In this document: piece by piece, positions 44,353-58,498 of the stretch
How the letters are laid out: the number at the start of each line of letters is the position of its first letter
Numbering within the stretch: the first letter of the stretch is position 1
The notes under the pieces: generated by a model
What the model saw: only the letters and a program-made list of their open reading frames with translations
What the model was told of the DNA's origin: nothing
Database searches by the model: none
Assembly (NCBI GenBank): GCA_951406725.2
Contig: OX597820.1
Location: 64,976,001 to 65,040,000 of the forward strand
Direction: 5' to 3'
Source: Octopus vulgaris
Lineage: Eukaryota
Length of the DNA: 64,000 bases
Program-made: the position numbers and the translations under genes

Positions 44353-45619
44353 TTGGGTTGTCCAGAAAGTTAGTGCCTATTTATAGTAGCTTACTTTTCG
44401 ACTTATTTTAGAACATGGTTGAATCCATAAAATAGGATTTGACTACACCTCCATTTAGAGCGAGGTTTAAGCTACCTTTTGGTGGAAGAATGTTTGTGTT
44501 CCTATAATCTGTGTTAATTCTGTAACCCTTTAAAATGGAAGATAAGAAAGTTCATTTTCGGCACTTAACTCTTTTCTTCTTCCGTAAAGGGAAAAATGCC
44601 TCACAAGCAACCAAAGAAATATGCGCAGATTACGGTGATGTTTCTTTATCCAAAATAAATGTACGGAAGTGGTTCGCAAGGTTCCGAGCTGGAGATTGTA
44701 GCCTTATTGATAAAGAGCGATCAGGCAGACCATCCACTACAGATGATGAACAATTCAAGTCATTAATTGAGAATGACCAGCATTGCACAACCCGAGAATT
44801 GGCAGAAAGCCTCAATCTATGAAAACCCATCGTTCAGAGAGCACCTAGTAAAGTCTGGATATACAAATCGCTACGATGTTTGGGTACCACATAAGTTGAG
44901 TGAGAAGAACCTTTTGGATCGCATTTCCATCTGTGATTTGCTTTATAAATGGAATGAAAACGCGCCTTTTTTAAAGCAAATTGTGACAGTTGATTAGAAA
45001 TGCCTACCGAAATGTCCAGAGAAAGCGATCTTGGAGTAAGCGACACGAGCCACCCTTAGCCACCCCCAAAGCGGGTCTTCACTCTAAAAAAGTCTTGCTT
45101 TATGTCTAGTGGAATTGGAAAGGAATGTTGTACTATGATATTCTCCCAAGTAATCAGACAATCGATTCTGAGAAATACTGCAAACAACTGGACGAGTTAA
45201 AAACAGCAATTCAAGAGAAACTTCCAGAATTGGCCAACAGGAAGGGTGCTGTTTTTCAACATGATAATGCAATACCGCACGTTTCTTTGGGAACCAAACA
45301 AAAATTGCTGCAGCTCGGCTGGGATGTGCTACACCATCCTCCATATTCACTTCGGATTTCCATTTATTCAGGTCTCTGCAGAATAGTCTTAATGGCAAAA
45401 ATTTCAATTCCTTGGATGACGTAAAAAGATACCTTGATGAATTCTTTGCCATGAAACCACCTCATTTCTGGGAAGAGGGTATTTTCAAGTTAAAGGGAAA
45501 ATGGAGACGCATTGTGCAACAAAATGGTTCATATTTGGTTGATTAAAAATGGAATGGCAAGTATTTATTGACCTTTTGCTTTCCTTTAAAAATCGGCACG
45601 AACTTTCCGGACAACCCAA
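44353..45619 (+). mobile_element. full-length mariner DNA transposon (1267 bp, TA TSD)
   Basis: TIR TTGGGTTGTCC(A/G)GAAAGTT... at both ends, TA at 44351-44352 and 45620-45621, transposase remnants inside. Confidence 0.97.
44535..45546 (+). pseudogene. mariner transposase, frameshifted
   Basis: HTH region RKWFARFRAG..RSGRP, WVPHKL, LKQIVTVD, HDNA and HPPYS. The PDIAPSD motif is partly deleted; split over 3 ORFs. Confidence 0.93.
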
Positions 45620-46639
45620 TACACCCACGCTCGCATGCAAACATGCGTATGTGCGTGCGAGCGCGTGCATTGTTTGATTTACTGATTGTTATAAAAACCA
45701 TTTCTTATATGCAACACAGATCGAACCAGTGAATTTCTTTTTACGAAATGGAAGAAATTTTTAATCGTTTCAAAACGTACTGACCCTCATAATAGCATGA
45801 CTTAACTGTTGTATTATAAAAGGGTGATTGGATGAGCTATCAGTTTCCTCTCTATTCACTATCGTTTCCTAATAATAGAGGGAGGTAATTCACGAGGATT
45901 AACTTGCTAAGCTGATTGTTGTAGTATGAATGTAATCATTTGTATGTTGCTTGTGATATTAAATAAGTGTTATTTTGTTACTTGCAATGTTATCTTAAAT
46001 AAATGTTTGAGAGATGGTAAGTTTCAATTATATGACAATTTATTCAGTATAAACATTAGTTCGTGAAACTGGATTCATCATAATCGAAAGCAGAGCACAC
46101 GTACGTAATCTAGCTGATTCAGAATGGAGCATATGATTAGTTCTCTATAGCTCCATATCGTTCCAGCTTTTCGGTCACTGCTCGTGAATGGAAACATACG
46201 AACTTAAAAGCTCTCTTTATATTTCTACTCTCGAAGCAATGTAAACAAATTGAGACTTCTCATAAACATAGATTCACTCAAGAGATACAATATAGTCTCT
46301 GCATGTTCGACTTAGTTCTGTTCCAACACAATATGCACAATTTATCAATGAAATCTGTGAGCATTATCGCTTTGCAACTCGGTAACAGCTTCGTGGAGAT
46401 TGTTCAGAAGAGTATTTTAAGCCCAAAGAATTTTAAATAAGAATTTTAACTTACGAGCAATGACTGTAGCTAAAGATGGACATGGGTCAATTTCAGTTGC
46501 CTAAACGTGTAGCTTGAATCTTTAATTAATCTTGTAGCGTTTATTTGAAATCCGTATGTTTGATTTGTCCATCATGCTTTATCAGGCAAGTGATTTTGAC
46601 TCATATCAAATGCATTATGATTTGTTTTGTAGTATGCAG

Positions 46640-46950
46640 AGAGGGAGCGAGGCTTAATGGTTATGAGTATTCGGCTCGCGATCGTAAAGTCGTGAGTTCG
46701 ATTGCCGGAGATGTATTGAGTCCTTGAGTAAGACGCTTTATTTCAAATTGCTCCAGTTCATTCAACTGGAAAAAAATGAGTAGTGCCAGTTTTGTAGCAT
46801 TCTGTGTTATCCTGAATCTCACTGAGATCTACGCAAACGGTACACGTGTCTGTGGAGTGCTCAGCCACTTGCACGTTGATATCAAGAGCAGGCTGTTCCG
46901 TTGATCGGATCAACTGGAACCTTCGTCATCGTAACTGACGAAGTCCCAGT
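46640..46950 (+). mobile_element. SINE family D head with the RTE-like tail also seen in family C copy 35747-36067
   Basis: ccttgagtaagacgctttatttc core, then cacgtgtctgtggagtgctcagccactt...gtcatcgtaactgacg. Confidence 0.82.
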
Positions 46951-47419
46951 TGTATGCAATTAATCTATTAAATTAAATCTAATGTATCTAACCGAGCTAT
47001 ATCTTGTGAAAACAGCGTAGATTCCTTTTCAGAAATAGTAACAATTATTTCGGCAGATGAATCGTATTTGAATCAATGGCGAATAACACTGAATGCTGAA
47101 CGGTTGAATAGACAACAAATTGTCAATGGCCCGGATCAACCAGTTCAGTTACTGGAGTACTGCTATCATCTGAAGCAATGGCGTGCGCAAATGAGATATT
47201 TCAACGTGCGAAAGACCAATGTAACCAAAACCCGAGTCAGACAATCTTGGCACATCGCTCGATCGAAATGTCTGACGTGGAAGAATTACATTGGATTGTG
47301 CAGCTCACCTCACTGGATGACAATCATATTTTGCAAAATGCATTATTTATTTATTTGTTTATTTATTTTTGGTGCGATTTTAATGTCTCCGTCGATGTTT
47401 CACGCGTAAAATTGAGTAT

Positions 47420-47722
47420 GTTTGTTCCTACTCGAGCCATGCCTGGCTCATTAGAGCCGGTTTCCCGGTTTCCTTGGCATATATGTTCCCGACTTGGACC
47501 GGACGCTGGTCCATCGGAGTTGAGTTGCAAGATGCAGGAGGAAAGAGTGAGAGAAAGTTGTGGCGAAAGAGTCAGCAGAAGTTCGCAATCACCTTATGCC
47601 GGAGCCGCGTGGAGCTTAGGTGTTCCGCTCATAAACACACACATCGCCCGATCTGAGATTCAAATCCCGCGATCCCTCAACTGCGAGTCCGATGCTCTAA
47701 CCACTAGGCCATGTGCCTCCAC
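47420..47722 (-). mobile_element. SINE family C, full length
   Basis: Reverse complement of 37133-37435; degenerate TSD AAAATTGAGTAT / AAAACTGAGAAT. Confidence 0.9.
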
Positions 47723-48713
47723 AAAACTGAGAATAATAAGTATTAAAAGAAGTGCCACTTAGTGTTCGGAAGGATGTCGAATTGCCTCTGCATCACCACT
47801 GCTGCGAAAGTTTAGGTGCTTCCCTTAGATAGTATCGAATGTATGAATGAAGCAAGTGGTTAAATAACATACTTGAAAAATAGTGGTAATTCTGAAATTT
47901 TTATCAATTCTGATTTCTTCCAGTGTCACTAAATATAGACATTCTGTTTCTACATCTTCGCTGTCTGTTCGAAATTTAGGTTTTGTAAATACAATCCCAA
48001 AGGAAACTGTCGAAATGAAATACACATTTCTGTGCCTCTTCGTCAGCAATGTTCTGACGTTATTTTTAGCCACTACTGCCAGAAATTCCATTCCGATGTA
48101 ACACTGACATATGCAGTTGGATTATTTCTCTTGTTATTTACGAATCTAGTACTTTTTGCGTTGAACTTCCAGCGATATTTATTAATTAATTTGTGATAGC
48201 TGCATAGTAAGGGCGAGCTCACGTCGTTAGTCCCATGAAGATCGCAAATATATATAAAAATAGAAATGTTTGTGTAAAGTAACTCTGTGTGGTGTATGCA
48301 AGTTGTCTACAATCAAATTCCAGTTAGCACTGAGGATAAATAGCACTGCAATTGAAGTAGAGATATCTTTTGACTGACCAATAGAGGGGCTTCTTTCTAG
48401 CGCATCGTAAATTGCGTTTTGAAGGAAAATAAACTAACTCCAATTTTTGCATACTTTTAAAAAGAGGAAGATTATGATGCTAATATACAAAAGTGTGACA
48501 GTTGTTAAGAGAAGAAATGTACGCTCAAATGGGGACAAGTTTACGTTTTCGAGTGCAATACTGACTATCCTTCATAGAGGACTTGAAAACGGAGAGATGC
48601 GTTCAGATTCAGAACAACTATCTACATTGTGCTCAGTGCGGGATCTATCTCGAGCATGAAAGAGTAAATATTTTCGCAGATCTGTGCAAATTTTGACTAT
48701 TATATTAGTGGTT

Positions 48714-49023
48714 GTGGAGTCGCAATGGCCTAGTGATTAGGGCAGCGGACTCGCGGTTGTAGGAACGCGGTTTCCATTCCCAGACCGGGCGTTGTGAGTG
48801 TTTATTGCGTGAAAACACCTAAAGCTCCACGAGGCTCCAGCACGGATTGGTGGCGATCCCTGCTGTACTCTTTCGCCACAACTTTCTCTCACTCTTACTT
48901 CTGTTGGCCTGCTCGCTTAGACAGTGGGGTGGCGTCATTTGAAGGCTAAAACAATGCGAAGTGCATTGCGACCAGCGGTGTATACCACCATCTGATAGCC
49001 TGGGCGGTCCGGTGATCACGGTG
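48714..49023 (+). mobile_element. SINE family C head with a third tail type and a 12-bp TSD
   Basis: ATATTAGTGGTT at 48702-48713 and 49024-49035; tail ends cggtgatcacggtg. Confidence 0.88.
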
Positions 49024-49669
49024 ATATTAGTGGTTATATTATCATTTTTGTAAGAAGAGACTGTCCAATAGTAGCCTTATTTTCACAAACCAGAAAACCA
49101 CCATGCTACGATCTTAAACGAGGCGCAACCAACTATTGAAATGATTCCTCGCTTGTGAATCACATTAGCTTCATGCTTGATAAGCATGATAGAACAGAAG
49201 AACGAGAAGCCGTAACATTGGAGAATCAAATTATTGTTTTACAGCTTCGATATTGTTTACCGACCTGATAAATATAATGTTGTTACTGACATGTTTTTCA
49301 TCCAGTATTGTTGGATGACACTTTATGAACACACGCACATTTGGTTGAGCTTCGTAATATGTTGTGCCACCCAGGGATTACTCGTTTGTATAAGTTTTGA
49401 GATCTAAAAACATGCGCTACTCTCAAGAGGAAATAGGACGGTTGGATTGTATAGCGTAAGTGCAGAACGGTAAGTAAAATTTCCCCAACCAGAGAAAACA
49501 CATCACATAAAAGCAACTCAGAGCCTTTTGGATGGCTACATATCATCTTCAAAGGACTTCTTCCTAGGATCGACAACAATCGATAATTTCTTAGCATTTT
49601 TCTTATATATATATATCTTTATACGTATACATGCATTTGTATGTGTATACAGACATTTGTGTAAGAATA

Positions 49670-49785
<116 letters not shown>

Positions 49786-49792
49786 CATATAT

Positions 49793-49855
<63 letters not shown>

Positions 49856-49923
49856 TACAGTGTACATTTAAACAGATAAGAGACATCGATCATAGGACTC
49901 CTTGTACGCTAGAAAGAACAGTA

Positions 49924-49991
49924 CCTGCTGAAGAAGGCTCCGCCTAGCAAATTAGTTTATGTGCTAAAGTAAATCTGAACCATGGTCCAGG
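49924..49991 (+). ncRNA. degenerate hammerhead motif with long stem II
   Basis: CCTG-CTGAAGA-...TAGCA/TGCTA...-GA-ACCATGGT-C-CAGG. One A of GAAA is missing. Confidence 0.45.
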
Positions 49992-50142
49992 AGTTAGATA
50001 GTAAATGTTTTCCTTTCTCATTGTGTTCGACGTTTTTTTTGGTGGGGGTGTCATGTACCCATATATGCATGTATATATACATGTAGAGATAGGTACGTAC
50101 ATATACGTATGTATATATGCATATGTTTTATTTTATTTATTA

Positions 50143-50184
<42 letters not shown>

Positions 50185-50329
50185 ACATACATACATGCAG
50201 GCATACATTTGTAATATATATACACACATATATGTATTTATTTTACATAAACAAAGGAATTCGCGAAATTTGTGCCCTGTGAAGTATTTCTTCTCAACTG
50301 CAACATAAACTGAAAATATTAAAAAAATT

Positions 50330-50700
50330 ACAAGAGTACTTCAGCAACAACAGAAGTACTATCTCTGGCAATTACTGGCAGAGAGCAGATGCCCAACAAG
50401 TTTTCAAAACTGGATTTCGAAGATACCAATGACTGTTACTTTCCTTGAGCATTCCACAAGATAAATAGCAATGTTCATTTTGGCAGGAATTATATTTAGA
50501 CTGCAAAGAACCGGAATAAACATCACAAAGCAAATTTCCGGACACCTTCAGATCTATCAAAAACGCCGCAGTCAAAATTGAGTATGAACAGATTTGATCG
50601 CAGTACGGAAAGAACAGTAACTACCTAATGTCCACAGCTGTTTATAAGTTGCCTTCAATTATATGATTTCTAAAGGACGCTAAAGAAAAGCCAGATCAGA
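50330..50700 (+). mobile_element. possible Penelope-like RT remnant
   Basis: Weak motifs KFPDT..IKN and NSNYL; lies downstream of a hammerhead relic. Confidence 0.3.
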
Positions 50701-50780
50701 GAAATTGAAATTTATTCAAAATACATTTAAAATGTGTTAGCAATTTAAAATACATCAGAAAGTGTATGTTTATGTGTGTT

Positions 50781-50836
<56 letters not shown>

Positions 50837-51113
50837 AAATAGATAGATTAATACATACAAGAATACTTGTATGACATATTATATATTACACATGTGTATA
50901 TAAGGGTATACATTTATAAATTATAAATATATATATATTAGATAGATAGGTAAATAGACAGGTGAAAAGATATATTATATTACATATTACATATGTGTAT
51001 ATATATACATATATATACACACACGTATATATACAAATATATATATATAAATATACATGTGTTTGTGAGCTCGCGCGCGTAATGCGTATATATATTTATA
51101 TATAAATACATAG

Positions 51114-51152
<39 letters not shown>

Positions 51153-51672
51153 TGTGTACATGTTATATCAAGAGGTAGACAGCCAGATGTGTATGTATAC
51201 ATGTGTGCATGTATATTTGTACTTGCGTGTGTATACAACAATCCTTCATGACGAAGTCAATTACAAGAAAAATCAAACCTTTAAGCTAATATACACAATT
51301 AAATATACATACAAATATATAGATAGATGAATGTATGTGTATCTCACTCTCTATCTATCTTTCTCATTATATATATATACATACTTTTATATACATAAGT
51401 TTGAAAGTATATATATTATGTGTATACAATTGTGTAAGTATATATATGTATATATATATACATAAGTGGCGTTTATACATGTGTGGTTGAGGTACAGGTA
51501 TGTGTGTATAAATAGCATCATTATATATGCTTGTCTATGAGCATTGGTAAATTTCATTCTTTCAGTTGATATACACACTTACAAAACATGTACAGTAGGA
51601 GTATATCAAATATAAATCCAATATAAATTGGTAGCAAGATTCACAAATAGATAGATGCATAGATAGACAGAG

Positions 51673-51771
<99 letters not shown>

Positions 51772-51878
51772 GATAGATAGATAGATAGATAGATAGATCG
51801 AGATAAATAGACAGATAGATAGACAGACAGACAGACAGGCAGAGAGATAACAAGATAGATAGATAGATAAATAGATAT

Positions 51879-52002
<124 letters not shown>

Positions 52003-52136
52003 GTAGGTAGGACACTTAGATATAAATATTCAGGAATATATATATATATATGCATGGCGGTGTGTGTCTGCTTGTGCGTATGTGTCTGTATATGTGTGTG
52101 GAAATATATGTATATATGTATGTATCCATATGTATA

Positions 52137-52194
<58 letters not shown>

Positions 52195-52975
52195 CACACA
52201 TACATATATGTATATTAATGAATCAAGTTGTGATGGCAGTTCAATTTAATTCCCGTGTTGAAAATAAAAATTTCAATACAACGAAATTCAAACACATACA
52301 TACACACAGAGTAAACATAATACATACACACACACATATACATAAGTATATATATGTATATATATATATGTGTGTCTGTGAGTGTGTGTGCGCGTGTGTG
52401 TGCGTGTGTGTGTGTGTGTGTACACATACATATATATATAGACATATATATACGCATACTAAGCACATGAATATATCAATCCTTTTCCTTTTCGTATTAT
52501 TTTATTTTTTTCTCTTTGCAATTATGAAATCTAATATATTTTCTAAAATTCGATTCCATTGAGATAAAGCTGATGAAATAAAACGAAACATCGACGCCAA
52601 CTCCACCTTCTCTAAGAACGACATCAATTTCTGAATGTTTTCATTTCCTAAACTTCTCTCCGAGTGTCGTATCGTTTGTTTTCAGACAAACAGAAATTCC
52701 AATAATATTTAGTCATTAAGATGTAATTAGGAGGTTAGAATTTTTGGTTGGTTTTGCTGTTATTGTTGTTGCTTTCTTCTTATATGTCTATTGAGATATT
52801 TAAATTTTGCTTGCTAAGTTACTGTATACGAATGTGTACACCATCGTATATATATATATATATAGATATATACATATATATTTACAGAATTATAAACATA
52901 AACATGTGCCTATATCCTACACACAGACACAGAGGCACACTTACAATTACACACACACACACACACGTATATATA

Positions 52976-53071
<96 letters not shown>

Positions 53072-53210
53072 TGTATATACATATATCTTATATATATATA
53101 TATTTATACATATATAGTAATATAGACATACATATAGACAGATATCCACTTATGCCAAATGGAATTTATTAATGATACATATACATGTATACACGCACAC
53201 ACACACATAT

Positions 53211-53275
<65 letters not shown>

Positions 53276-53288
53276 AAGAGAGAGAAAG

Positions 53289-53324
<36 letters not shown>

Positions 53325-53573
53325 TATGTGTATGCATATATACATATATATATATATAAGTATATAATTATATCCATATATTCTTTTCTATACGTCCGGT
53401 CTTACATGTATATCTATGTGCATGTATGTATGTTTGTATCAATATGATACATGGACTCAGTGAGCATAGAATCTATGGCCGCTCATGCTATTCCTAAAGA
53501 AACAGCACTCATACATATATTTATACACATATACATACATGCATACATACAAATACATACATATATACATGCA

Positions 53574-53611
<38 letters not shown>

Positions 53612-54879
53612 CATATACATTTATATACATGCTAATATATATACTTATATACATATATGTAAATATATACGTACATATATATACATATATACATGTGTGT
53701 GTATGAGTATGCAGGTAGTTTGTGAATGTTTGAAACTGTGTTTGTGCATGTGTGTATGTCTACATGTAAATTTTATTCTTCAATTCAATATTTTTATTAA
53801 TAAACACCTTTTGCCATATTACTCTTAATAGACAACTTAAAATCATGTTGTCTTGTCTCTAATATATGAGTCTATGAAAGAGTGAAAAGAATGGTGAATG
53901 TATAATCATATATCGTATATATGTAAGTATGTATATATATATATGTATGTATATATATATGTATATATGTATATATGTGTGTCTGTGTCTGTGTGTGTGT
54001 AGCAAATATTCCTTCAGACATCCACATCCCTGAATATTGTTATCTGCACACACACATAGACACACATAGTCACAGATTAATACACAGAGAGAATACCAAT
54101 CACACACATACATCCGCATAATGCGAAGGCGTGACTTTCAAGTTAAAATCTTTCTTCCCAACTACATAGTTCTAGGTTCAGTCCCACTGCGTGGCAGCTC
54201 GTGCAAATTTTTTATACTATAGGTTCGTTCCGCCCAAAGATTTGTAACTGAATTGGGTAGGCAGAAACTGGTGGAAGCTTCAGGTGTGTGTGTGCTGGTA
54301 TATCTATATACATATATATATAGTTCAGATTTACAGAAAACAAAAGACGAAGTCAGGTGTACAAAGCAAAAGTCATAATGTAATAATAATAATGATAATA
54401 ATAATAATATTAATAATAATAATAATAATAATAACAACAGTAATGATGATGATGGTGATGATTGATTAAAAAAATAATAATATTGATTGATAGAAAAATA
54501 ATAATGTGTGTAGATTCTGATGTTCACATTGTTGAGTTTTTGAATTTCTGAATTAAATTTTTTTTTTAAAGTTTGTAATTTATTGACAGGCGCTTATCTC
54601 CCTATTTCTTTTATCGTACATCTAATTGTGTTGTTGCAATAAATGTTATATTTTCATATTCTGGTCGTCTGAGAGAAAAGAAAGATGAAATTTTCACACA
54701 AAATTGTAGATACTAAAGTTTTTAAAATTTTCCAGAGATGTTCGTTTGTATGTCCGATTAGAGAAGACTGTAGTGATTTTGCAATAAAAAGAATGTTTTC
54801 ATTTTCGAATACTCAAGGAGAAAGGGAAGGAAAGAAAAGGAAGGTAAAATGTTCACAGAAAATTGTATTGTAGATATTA

Positions 54880-55547
54880 AAGGTGCAGACTTTTTAGGGC
54901 AAAATGGTGAAGACGTATGGCATATTACTAGTCAATGTACGCCACTAGCCGTGAAAAAAATATAAGAGACGTCATGGGAATATATCAAGGATTGTCCATT
55001 GGACACTTTGCAACAAGTATGGACTTGACAGAGCAAAAAAGTGGTACGAACATAAACCCGAAGGCATCATAGAAAATAATAATCCAAAAATCCTATGGGA
55101 TTTTATAATTCAGTGTGACAATGAGATAGAGAATAGGAAACCAGACATAGTGTTAATTGAGACTGAAAGCAAGCGATGCTGGTTCATAGATATAGTATGC
55201 CAAGCTGACAAGGTATACGATAAGGAAGAAAGAAAAGTCGAAAGATATGGCATGTTATATTGGGAAGTTAAGCAGTTGTGGTCGATGATAAAGGTGGTAG
55301 TAGTAACAATTATTGTCGGAGCCCTGGGAACAGTAAGTAAAAATCTTGAGACGTACATGGAACATATAGAAGCTGCAATAAGAGTGGCAGACTTGCAAAA
55401 AACAGCACTGCTTGGAACCGCTCGAATACTCCGGAAGGTACTCAAAAAATAAGAGGTGTTACCTTCGTTCACTGGTAATGAAGAGCTGGCACCGTAGTAC
55501 ATCTCCATCGTTAGAAGCTGTGCAAAGAAAATATAATAATAATAACA
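54880..55547 (+). mobile_element. R4/Dong-type 3' fragment with intact-looking RLE domain, ending in (TAA)n
   Basis: YKRRH...KWYEHKPE...KILWDF.IQCD...RKPDIVLI...IDI...IIVGALG...LQKTALLGTARILRKVL (ORF 55150-55452 and upstream). Confidence 0.9.
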
Positions 55548-55659
55548 ATACGGTAAATATATATATATATGTGTGTGTGTGTGTCTGTGTGTGTGTGTAT
55601 GTGTGTATGTGTGTGTACGTGTGTATGTGTGTTTGTGTGTGTGTGTGTTTGTCCGAAAC

Positions 55660-55860
55660 AACTGCTTGACAACCGGTGTTGTTGTGTTTACGTCTCATTT
55701 ACCTAGCGGTTCGGAAAAAGAACCCGATTGAATAAATACCAGATGAAAAATATATATGATATGATAGTTTCGATGGATTCGACTAAACTTTTTTGAAGAG
55801 GGTGCCCCAGCATATCTGCAGTCTAATGGCTGAAACAAGAAAAAAAGATAAAGTATAAAA
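55660..55860 (+). mobile_element. SINE family B 3' half
   Basis: gcttgacaaccggtg...agcggttcgg...gcagtctaatggctgaaacaag. Similar fragments at about 8290-8480, 12250-12425, 54140-54290, 59355-59700, 63110-63290 (+) and 61915-62147 (-). Confidence 0.75.
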
Positions 55861-56099
55861 GATATGCACACCTATAGACGTATATATACACTCTCACAAA
55901 ATTAAACCTACATGCATATGTATACGCACAAATGACAATTGTATATTAATGGTAAGCATTTGGCAAAATTCCTCAATTTCAATGATGATATTCCTGTCAA
56001 ATTCGATTTGACAGTGATCGAAATACCAAACAGGGTCGCCATGATATCTATGCTCTAGAAGGCGCTATCACAGCGTGGCTATTGCTCAATGGCTGAAAC

Positions 56100-56520
56100 G
56101 ACTTGCTGAATAATCAGTAATGTACGGTGATTTCACCACCCTCACAGATGATCGTCATCTCCTTTGTGCCTCTGCGTTGTCCATGGCGTTATGAGCATTA
56201 TCTATCGCATGTCTCTTTAGGACCGCTGGAAAACTGCATGATTTGAAGCATAGGTAACATGCTAAGAACCGTAGCTTATTCTGCGCTTCCAAGAAGTTAG
56301 CTCAGCACATGTCACCACTCGTCTTTGCCAATGGACTTTCAGATGATGGAATGACAAATGAGATAACCGTTATAGTGATAGACGACTGTACCACACGAGT
56401 ACAACCCACCGAATTCTTGTGCTTACTACTTAGTACAAGCACAAACGTGATCACGGTTTTACGTCAGAGTTCCCTCTCCTAGGGGTATGCTGTGAGAACA
56501 TTTGGGGGTCTCTTACTACT
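56100..56520 (-). mobile_element. possible RTE-clade 5' region remnant
   Basis: cagagttccctctcctag resembles a recalled RTE 5' UTR motif; heavily decayed. Confidence 0.35.
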
Positions 56521-57015
56521 CAAAACCCTGCAAATCCTAGACCACACCACCACAACCGTATGCAATTTAAAGTACTGAAATCATACATATATACATATAT
56601 ACTAACACATAAATGTAGTCACTGATTAATATATATAAGAGTATATATATATATATATATATGCATGCTTACATACATACACACGCACACAGACAGACAC
56701 ATATATTTATTTATGCGTTGGTTGCATGGGTGTGAGCATACATTCGTGCATATACATGTATTTTACCAGAATCTCAGAATCTATACTAGCTAAAATATTT
56801 TTAATTATATAACATATTTGTAGCCTTCTAATTATTTTACTTCACATCATATATATATACACTCATGTATGATTTTCTTTGATATGTTTTGGAACTCGTA
56901 TATACTGCTGCAGCATCAAAGAAATAACTGTACATCAAAATGATACAAATACACTCACTCAAACACACACGTACACACGCACACATATATACAGGCATGC
57001 ATATAAGTATATATG

Positions 57016-57077
<62 letters not shown>

Positions 57078-57556
57078 TATTTATATATATATATATATAT
57101 AAATATACATACGTATATCTATAAATATGTATACATATACTTATATATATACATATATATATATGTATATACATATATATATATATATTAATACATATAT
57201 ACAAACACACACATGTAAGTATATAAATGTGTGTGTTTGAGTGTGCAATATTTGTGCACATCCATACATCGTGATGACGTCCGTGTATGTGATTTCGTAT
57301 TTGGTTTCATATGATTTTACTCTGTGGCTATGTATATCTTGGCACATAATACTAATAACCGAACGCATTAACGGTGGCCGAAGTTTGTCAAAGACTAACA
57401 TTTTGGAAGATTCTACGAATTTCTTTGCGTAATTTTAGATGGAAATCATTGCATAGGTTTCTTTCGGAACATGATTTGGCGGCAAATATTTCTGAAGAAT
57501 TGCGTCATTTCTTCCAATGTCGTTGCAATATACTTAAGCCCAAACGAAGATATATA

Positions 57557-57600
<44 letters not shown>

Positions 57601-57728
57601 TGTGTGTGCGAGTGAATGTCCGTATATACACACACGTAGTGGCAGAGATTCAACCAGTCACAGACAACTGATTTAAAAGTCATACAATATATACAGGTAA
57701 TTGCGTCTGCATGTGTATACATATATGA

Positions 57729-57804
<76 letters not shown>

Positions 57805-57853
57805 CTTACCTATCTCGTTATCTATTTACTCTCTCTCTCTCTCTCTCTCTCAG

Positions 57854-57900
<47 letters not shown>

Positions 57901-58024
57901 TTATAACGCATACTTATATATATACTATACATATATATACATACACATATGTCTGTATATATATATCTATAGATACACACACACATATATATGTATATAT
58001 GTGTGTGTGTTTACGGAAATATAT

Positions 58025-58080
<56 letters not shown>

Positions 58081-58092
58081 CTATATATATAT

Positions 58093-58150
<58 letters not shown>

Positions 58151-58152
<2 letters not shown>

Positions 58153-58498
58153 TTGAGTGTATATATGCAAGTTAACATGTATATATATATATTGTTGTTA
58201 GCATCCTTTTTGTCTCGGGAGACAATGGAGTTGCGCATAAAATAGTCCAGTCCGGCTTTTACATTTCATGTCCTGAAACATTTCCTGCTGTGGCTGTGTA
58301 GTCCTATCCTGGACAAACAGAGGGAGTGTTTGGCCAGGATAGGACTACACAGCCACAGCAGGAAATGTATCAGGACATGAAATGTAAAAGCCGGACTGGA
58401 CTATTTTATGCGCAACTCCATTGTCTCCCGAGACAAAAAGGATGCTAACAACAATATATATATATATACATGTTATGCATGCATATATACACTCAAGT
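58151..58498. repeat. long palindrome, ~170-bp arms with 7-nt loop
   Basis: 58151-58319 mirrors 58327-58498 with very few mismatches; loop GAGGGAG. Confidence 0.97.

Larger units (their letters stand above)
46100..49600 (+). mobile_element. decayed Gypsy LTR retrotransposon internal region (gag-PR-RT-RH-IN) interrupted by three SINEs
   Basis: Collinear relics: AREWKH/NKLRLLIN (gag), CSDVIFSH (PR), YNQIPVSTEDK and KRRNVRSNGDKFTFS..ENGEMRSD (RT), WRIKLLFYSFDIVYRPDKYNVV (RH), LCHPGITRLY...IKATQ (IN). Confidence 0.8.

Noticed and set aside
44535-45546. SETMAR-like host gene
   Set aside because: No SET domain; enclosed by TIRs and frameshifted, so a plain mariner copy.
52570-52600. CTGATGA...GAAA as a hammerhead
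   Set aside because: No pairing for stems I, II or III.
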